Part shown: positions 18,278 through 24,000 of the stretch, piece by piece
Numbering within the stretch: the stretch's first letter is position 1
Layout of the letters: the number at the start of each line of letters is the position of its first letter
Assembly: GCF_904711265.1 (NCBI RefSeq)
Contig: NZ_LR882057.1
Reading direction: 5' to 3' (one strand)
DNA: 24,000 nt
Source of the DNA: Escherichia coli
GTDB lineage: Bacteria > Pseudomonadota > Gammaproteobacteria > Enterobacterales > Enterobacteriaceae
Notes under the pieces: generated by a model
What the model was told of the DNA's origin: nothing
The model's database searches: none
What the model saw: the letters and a program-made list of their open reading frames with translations, nothing else
Made by a program: the position numbers and the translations under genes

Positions 18278-19729
18278 TCAGAGATCAAAGTTAGGTGCGA
18301 CACACAACGTTTTTCCCTCAATAACCGGTACAACTCTGTTTTGTTCATACAGTAAATCCAGTAACCAGTTGATTTTATCCTTTTTCCGGAAACGGTTCGG
18401 ACCACGCTGTAAAATGTCATTTTTTTTCATACAGAGGATCCCCTTCTCAATGCAATAGCTTTTTATCCAGTTGAAAAGTTCAAGCTCCTCTGGAATGAGT
18501 CGCACAGGTACGGTCAGGGCAGGGTTGTCAAAAGTTAACGGATTAGACAACCGCACATACTCATTACCGTACCATATTGCTAATTCTCTCGCCATTTCTG
18601 CAATGTAAGGGGAAATCTCCCCCTCCTCACCGCTCGAATGGTAAATAAGTCCTGCCAGTCTTGCCATATACTCTGCATTTTTAGCAGCATATTCCCGGCA
18701 ATGTCTTAAAGGCCCCAATCCCCCCAGCTTCGATTCCACATCATTGTAATAATCCGTCCAGATTCTGGCAGCCTGAGGAGAAAAGTGAAGGCAACGTCGT
18801 TCACCACTCATCGCCAGACTTTCATCAATAAGCTCATTGATCCTCTGTTCAAACAAATCCTGATACTGTGATGAATAATTATCTCCGGTTATTATCCTTG
18901 TCCCCTGCGTTGATGTTGGTTGACACATCAAAAACCTTGCATGATGTCCTGACGTTTTCACAAGTTCTTTTTTTCGCGTACAAAAACCTTTGTGGTAAAC
19001 ATCAGGCTGAATCATCGCCGACATCGTCAGTCTTGGCTCCTTCAAATTAATTCCGGGAGATGATTTCCTGTCGATGAAAAGAGAACCTCCATCCCACAAA
19101 GTGTTAATAATTCCCAGTTTACTCATGGCCCGGCTGTCAAAAATTACCCCCCCTTCACTGGATACAAGAGCAAAAGAACGATTGCTATCGGAGTAATATT
19201 TTAACATTCCCTCTATCGTTGTCTCATTAAAAATTGTTCGACGTATCTGCGGCGGAACAGGAGACTTATTCAGATGCGTTTCAAGCTCTGATTCTGTTGC
19301 CTTGTAATCTTTACCGGCACGAATCTCTTTATGAAATTTTGATTCCAGCGCTTTTTGTTTTTGCTCCCATATTTCCTTTTCTGTGCTGTAATTCTCAACC
19401 AGTTTCGCGTATTCTTCCGCCAGGGCTTCATCCCTGAGATAAAATGCTTTCATAAACACTTTATCCACGGTCGTTTTCCTTTCACCAGAATCAGCCAGAA
19501 TCAGAGAGTAAAGATTAACAGGCCCACGTAAATTTCCAGGTCTGCACACGTCAATCTGATTCTGACAGGCAATTGAGATCGCTGTTAATGCGGATGTCGC
19601 CACCATAGCCAAAGGTGCCTGTGTATTTTTTTGAGTTTCAATTATTGCATTTCTCACCAGCGGTGGTAGTGCATATATCGGATAAGGATTTTCTGGTGCA
19701 AGTAAGCACATAAAAGCCTCTCTTTTCAT
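18278..19729 (-). CDS. YfjI-like DUF3987 protein of CP4-type islands
   Basis: 483 aa with NPYPIYALPPLVRNAIIETQKNTQAPLAMVATSALTAISIACQNQIDVCRPGNLRGPVNLYSLILADSGERKTTVDKVF. Confidence 0.88.
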   Translation of the reverse strand: MKREAFMCLLAPENPYPIYALPPLVRNAIIETQKNTQAPLAMVATSALTAISIACQNQIDVCRPGNLRGPVNLYSLILADSGERKTTVDKVFMKAFYLRDEALAEEYAKLVENYSTEKEIWEQKQKALESKFHKEIRAGKDYKATESELETHLNKSPVPPQIRRTIFNETTIEGMLKYYSDSNRSFALVSSEGGVIFDSRAMSKLGIINTLWDGGSLFIDRKSSPGINLKEPRLTMSAMIQPDVYHKGFCTRKKELVKTSGHHARFLMCQPTSTQGTRIITGDNYSSQYQDLFEQRINELIDESLAMSGERRCLHFSPQAARIWTDYYNDVESKLGGLGPLRHCREYAAKNAEYMARLAGLIYHSSGEEGEISPYIAEMARELAIWYGNEYVRLSNPLTFDNPALTVPVRLIPEELELFNWIKSYCIEKGILCMKKNDILQRGPNRFRKKDKINWLLDLLYEQNRVVPVIEGKTLCVAPNFDL

Positions 19730-19872
19730 TAATGGGTTAGTAAAGTAGCAGCAACTCCCGCTATAATAGCGAAATAGCTGCTGTTCAGACCTAATGTTCT
19801 GAGAAATACAGAATATCTGTAGATCTGATGTTTAATAAAACGATAAGGTTAATTCAGTTCATACTGTGTTAT

Positions 19873-19902
19873 TTACCACGAAATATCATTCATGTTTCTC
19901 AT
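19873..19902 (-). other. 9-codon ORF (MRNMNDISW) with strong Shine-Dalgarno
   Basis: Minus strand TTAGGAGGTGTTAAGA-ATG AGA AAC ATG AAT GAT ATT TCG TGG TAA. Confidence 0.35.
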
Positions 19903-19959
19903 TCTTAACACCTCCTAAAATTATTTCACTAACACCTTCCCCCCGGTCTTTTTCCTTTC

Positions 19960-20187
19960 TCAGGAATCAGCCAGAACCATAGTGTAAATATTAACGGGCC
20001 CACGTAAATTTCCGGGGTTGCACACGTCAATCTGATTCTGACAGGCAATTGACATCGCTGTTAATAATGATGTTGTAGTCATAGCCAGAGATGCTTTTTC
20101 ATTGTGTTGAGTTTCAATTATTGCATTTCCAGTCATTGATGGTTGCGCATATACTGGATACGGAGTATCCGGTTTGATGTAAGACAT
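19960..20187 (-). pseudogene. Truncated second copy of the DUF3987 gene 5' end
   Basis: 75 aa MSYIKPDTPYPVYAQPSMTGNAIIETQHNEKASLAMTTTSLLTAMSIACQNQIDVCNPGNLRGPVNIYTMVLADS, parallel to the N-terminus of the 18278-19729 product. Stop at the Walker A-like position (ADSGERKTT becomes ADS*ERKKT). Confidence 0.88.
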
Positions 20188-20292
20188 AAATATTTCCTTT
20201 TTTCGTAATAACTTTCGGTTATAGCAGCTATTTCCGCTACAATAGCAACAATAGCTGCTATACAGACTGGATATACTGAAAATACAGACAGT

Positions 20293-20541
20293 TCATCTGG
20301 TCTGTATCCAGCAGAGAAGGTCACTTAACAACCATCCGCAAGATTTCTTTCCGATAGACTTACGTGGTGGAAATGTTCCCTCCCGTTCAAGTTTCCACGC
20401 TTGTGTACGAGAAATTGACGTGATCTCATATCGTTCCTTTTCACGTACCAGTCTGTCGCATTCAATCCCATAAGCTTTCAAAATGACCAGACGCTGTTCA
20501 TCTGTTAATGGAAGCCACATACTACCCTCCTGATATATCAA
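20293..20541 (-). CDS. AlpA-family helix-turn-helix regulator
   Basis: 82 aa with RYEITSISRTQAWKLEREGTFPPRKSIGKKSCGWLLSDLLCWIQ, the AlpA/excisionase-like winged helix pattern. Confidence 0.82.
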   Translation of the reverse strand: MIYQEGSMWLPLTDEQRLVILKAYGIECDRLVREKERYEITSISRTQAWKLEREGTFPPRKSIGKKSCGWLLSDLLCWIQTR

Positions 20542-20889
20542 TACTTTTTATTTCCGGCATGAGCATGAAATGACTAAGTTTCCCGGATAAACAATGAGTG
20601 AAAGTCACTATCATTCATCCAGTCAACACCTTGCAAATAAAATGTAATACTATGATTTTTATAGGTCAAAATACTGAATTGCAATGTTAAAATGGCTTTT
20701 AATAGAAAAAATAAAGACATATAGAACCAAATAAAAACAAGCCGCGACCAATAAAAACAAAAATTAATATTAAAAATCCATTATAACGATTTTTGTTGAC
20801 TAAAATTAGGTTGGGATATATAAATAAATCCATGTAAAATTCAAACAAAGCATGGAGGAGTCGCAGGAAGGTGAAATATTTCCATCTAA

Positions 20890-20909
20890 TTTGTGATAAT
20901 CATCACAAA
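20890..20909. promoter_or_regulatory. CRP-box-like palindrome
   Basis: TTTGTGAT-AATC-ATCACAAA, fitting TGTGA-N6-TCACA exactly (20892-20907), in the 670-bp divergent intergenic region. Confidence 0.55.
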
Positions 20910-21210
20910 AATAAGCTACAACAAGCGGAGGAAAAGACAATCTGTTGCTGAACAGACAGAAGCAGGCTACGAATGATCGGAAAAGGAAGCAAATACGCTT
21001 ATACAGAAGACGCAGAGGTAACTGACGGAGACAATCACAATCAGGAGAAAATTATCGTAAATAATGTATAAAATCTCAGGATATAAACAAATGTACACAA
21101 GCTATCCACGTAATCAGCGGCTGGCTCAGGATTAACGTTTCATTTCAGTGGACAACATCGATTCTGTCTGACAGCGGACCAATATGTAGCAAGCAGAAAC
21201 TTCTGACATC

Positions 21211-22848
21211 ATGGTAACTCGGACAATGCAACAAAAGTATCAGTATGATCGTGTTTTATCCGGCGAACTCCACCCATTCCCTGGCATATACGAGGCGGTT
21301 TCCGAACAAATCCTTTTGCTCATTTTTAAAGCACGTCAACTATATCAGGATCCAGAATATCGCCCCTGGTTTGAAGAACAGCACAGAGTACTCTCTGCAT
21401 TACGTGCCAATACAGAGCTCCTGAGAATCTTTAGAGAACAAAGAAGCGCTGAAGAACCAAAGCTTACTATTGAAGAGTCTACCTCCCCCCAACCCACTCC
21501 TTCTGCTCTTACAGATGCGCTTAATGTGATGTGCCATTTATACAATGGTTTTGATGAAGGAAATATCAGTCTGAAAACTTGGGGGGCGATGCAAGAGGTA
21601 CAGACAACATCAACCTTTATCAGCCCAGGACCGAGAACCTGGAAAACACCTGAACTGGCAAAGTTTGTAGGAGATGATTTATTTAATATTCTGACTGAAT
21701 GTAAGGCCTGGAGTTCACCAATTCCAGCAGAAACCCGACAGGGGTATTGCCATCAGGATCTGTCTGTTGCACACTCCTGCACCTCAGAGTTACTGGCACA
21801 CCTGAATCAATATCATGAAATTGATGAATCAGCAATACTTGCCAGAGTTATTGGTATAACAGTTAACGGATTCTACAAGAAAAATAATACAGACCTTCCA
21901 GAATGGCTATCCCCCTTTAAAGAGGAACATAAAATATTCAGAGATTGTCCGGAGCAAAATACCGGGGATGTAATCAGACGGAAAGAACAACTGTTGAAAA
22001 CAGGACGTACAGAATTCGTGAATAATTTGTGTCGGGTCGCCAACTGGTATGAAATTGAGTCAATATACGATGAATACGTCCGTCTTTATGCCAATGAAAT
22101 CATTGACTGGTTCAACAAAACCATGAAGTATTTTAAACCAACAGATTTTATCCGATATACATGGAAATTCGCAACAGTTACTCCGGATAAAGATACAGAA
22201 ACCGGGCATACAACTGCATGGGAAAAGGATTATTGCCAGATAACCATACAACGTGATGAACTTCTGAGGTTGATTCACACCAATACCCTTCAGGATGCAG
22301 TAATTTATCTTTGTCATTGTCTGCAGAAGGAATACAAGAAATCATCCCAAAATGAGATAGAGTTCCCAGGAATAAAACCTCCGACATCAGAGAGTAAAAT
22401 TAATATAACAAATAATATTAAATTTCATTCTCTCCTGGAGCTCAGTAAAGATAATGAGAAGCGTCTGGAAACATTTCAAAAATGGTATGAAAAAAATAAA
22501 GTTTTGTTAGAAAGTCATAAACAAAAACGAACAGAGAAGATTGACGTTGCCGTACGACTTGTAGGGCTGAAAGCCTATGATCTGCATGAAGGGATTCCGG
22601 ATAGTCCAAAACGAAAAGTTAAAGATGGCATAAATGAAGACATCAAAGCCGATACCAGTTTACGCCTGTCAAAGACAAATATAAGTGATACGTCGCTAAA
22701 CCGTTATCGCCGCACTGTTAAGGAGATTATCAATAACGAAATTGACGCATTCCTGTTGGAACAGAAGAAAAAAAATAAAAGATTTCCCTACAGTGAAGAT
22801 AGAGATGTGATTCGCCCTTTATGGGGAAAATGCCTGACCGGGCAGTAG
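21211..22848 (+). CDS. Hypothetical protein, predominantly helical, no family recognised
   Basis: 545 aa uninterrupted ORF; starts MVTRTMQQKYQYDRVLSGELHPFPGIYEAVSEQ, ends FLLEQKKKNKRFPYSEDRDVIRPLWGKCLTGQ. Confidence 0.75.
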   Translation: MVTRTMQQKYQYDRVLSGELHPFPGIYEAVSEQILLLIFKARQLYQDPEYRPWFEEQHRVLSALRANTELLRIFREQRSAEEPKLTIEESTSPQPTPSALTDALNVMCHLYNGFDEGNISLKTWGAMQEVQTTSTFISPGPRTWKTPELAKFVGDDLFNILTECKAWSSPIPAETRQGYCHQDLSVAHSCTSELLAHLNQYHEIDESAILARVIGITVNGFYKKNNTDLPEWLSPFKEEHKIFRDCPEQNTGDVIRRKEQLLKTGRTEFVNNLCRVANWYEIESIYDEYVRLYANEIIDWFNKTMKYFKPTDFIRYTWKFATVTPDKDTETGHTTAWEKDYCQITIQRDELLRLIHTNTLQDAVIYLCHCLQKEYKKSSQNEIEFPGIKPPTSESKINITNNIKFHSLLELSKDNEKRLETFQKWYEKNKVLLESHKQKRTEKIDVAVRLVGLKAYDLHEGIPDSPKRKVKDGINEDIKADTSLRLSKTNISDTSLNRYRRTVKEIINNEIDAFLLEQKKKNKRFPYSEDRDVIRPLWGKCLTGQ

Positions 22849-22934
22849 ATCACAGATGGGATAACATCCCGGTTATCCCCTGTTTGTTCTGCTTCAGGTT
22901 GCCAGAGCTCCAGGAACACGAGGCAATCGGCAAA

Positions 22935-23531
22935 TTATGCGGCTTTTCCATTAACAGATTCGGCCACAAGAACAACACCGTGTTTGTTTCGATCAGGATG
23001 TTCACTCCAGATTTCTGATTCAGGAATACTTTCCCCATCATAGCAGATCCGATCACCATCAAACGGATAATACCGTGCGGAATCTGTATCTAAGATAAAC
23101 ACCTTAAAATTCGTTGAACGACGCGCTATATGCTGCCAGAGGGCTTTACCTCCTTCATATTGCTCGTTATCACTTAATAGTATAACGCCTGCTTTTGTGG
23201 CTATTGTTTCATAAACAAACGTAGCAAGGCTAACATCACGTACAGCGCCATCGACAACAATCCCTTCAATCTGAGCAACGTCCTGTTCTTCCCAGAATTT
23301 CCGGACAAACACCCCTTCAAGCTGTGAACGACGCTGAAGCTCCAAAGTGGCAACAACCTTATGGCGAATATCACCATCAATAACAGAAGGTGCAGCTTCG
23401 ATTACCGCAGCGAACGGAGTCTTTGGATCCCAGATGATCTGGTAAAGCACACCCTGAATAGTTACTCCATCCAGTATCGAAAAACGACGAGCTACAGTAG
23501 CAGGGGAGTAAGACATTGGAATGACAGCCAT
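22935..23531 (-). CDS. Hypothetical protein of unknown function
   Basis: 198 aa uninterrupted ORF: IQGVLYQIIWDPKTPFAAVIEAAPSVIDGDIRHKVVATLELQRR...VYETIATKAGVILLSDNEQYEGGKALWQHIARRSTNFKVFILDTDSARYYPFDG. Confidence 0.75.
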   Translation of the reverse strand: MAVIPMSYSPATVARRFSILDGVTIQGVLYQIIWDPKTPFAAVIEAAPSVIDGDIRHKVVATLELQRRSQLEGVFVRKFWEEQDVAQIEGIVVDGAVRDVSLATFVYETIATKAGVILLSDNEQYEGGKALWQHIARRSTNFKVFILDTDSARYYPFDGDRICYDGESIPESEIWSEHPDRNKHGVVLVAESVNGKAA

Positions 23532-23841
23532 TTTATGGCCTAAAATTTGAAAACATCAGCATCAATACTGACCTCATCAGTCTGAGCATATATTGATAAA
23601 GTTTTTATGTTTACACTCAATAAATACCTTGCCAAACAACTAATAGCGATGTCTACATCGCCATTCGACATGCTTACAATTTTTGTCAACAAGAAAGTGA
23701 ATTTATATCAACGGTAAGAAGTAAACACGAGGACACCAAAACCAAATGTACACACTTTTGTGCTTTGTGTCCCCTGTGTGTACCCAAATGACAAACTGCA
23801 AGAAAATCTAGGCACACACTTATCTAACTTATTGATTTAAA

Positions 23842-23917
23842 TGGTGCCGATAATAGGAGTCGAACCTACGACCTTCGCATTACGAATGCGCTGCTCTACC
23901 AACTGAGCTATATCGGC
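23842..23917 (-). tRNA. thrW: tRNA-Thr (anticodon CGT)
   Basis: Reverse complement gccgatatagctcagttggtagagcagcgcattcgtaatgcgaaggtcgtaggttcgactcctattatcggcacca, 76 nt, full cloverleaf with encoded CCA. Confidence 0.97.
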
Positions 23918-24000
23918 CCTGAAAGGACATGTTCACGAACGTGAATCACGGTGGACAAGGTTAAAACTAACCGGGCGATGCGTCAATGGCCTTGTGAATC

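Noticed and set aside
20542-23841. Integrase gene next to the thrW attachment site
   Set aside because: No tyrosine recombinase signature in the 545-aa or 198-aa products. The integrase is absent or at the distal island end outside the window.
23820-23860. Second att-like repeat matching the thrW 3' end elsewhere in the window
   Set aside because: I did not find another copy of gccgataataggagtcgaacc, so the island end cannot be defined from this window.
1-24000. CRISPR array, retron or DGR
   Set aside because: No regularly spaced repeats, no cas-like ORF and no reverse transcriptase motifs (such as YxDD in RT context) among the ORFs inspected.

Overview
This window is the thrW-proximal part of an E. 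coli/Shigella-type genomic island. The right edge holds an intact tRNA-Thr(CGT) gene on the minus strand (23842-23917), the CP4-6-type integration hotspot, with flanking sequence that looks like the proA-thrW intergenic region. CP4/P4-like island core genes lie inside it: an AlpA-like regulator, an intact YfjI-like DUF3987 gene plus a truncated second copy, and a YagK/YfjJ-like protein. The accessory cargo is strongly remodelled. It includes a YgjP-type metallopeptidase, a contact-dependent inhibition locus missing the cdiB 3' part and cdiA 5' part but keeping a cdiA C-terminus and a small membrane-protein immunity candidate, an orphan VENN-type CdiA-CT pseudo-module, a fragment of an SF2 helicase, and a stand-alone KAP-family P-loop NTPase. 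Next to thrW are two unidentified genes (545 aa and 198 aa). Mobile elements are IS600 (8610-11096) split by IS30 (8937-10157, 2-bp duplication), IS2 (16633-17963, 5-bp duplication ctcag), an ISL3-family transposase remnant, and a ~100-bp mini-element with 11-bp inverted repeats. No integrase or CRISPR array was found. The best candidates for something not well described are the thrW-side pair with its CRP-like palindrome, the duplicated alpA/DUF3987 segment with a conserved nested dyad and a 9-codon ORF with an excellent Shine-Dalgarno, the solitary KAP NTPase, and the glycine-rich hydrophobic CdiA-CT with its membrane immunity candidate.
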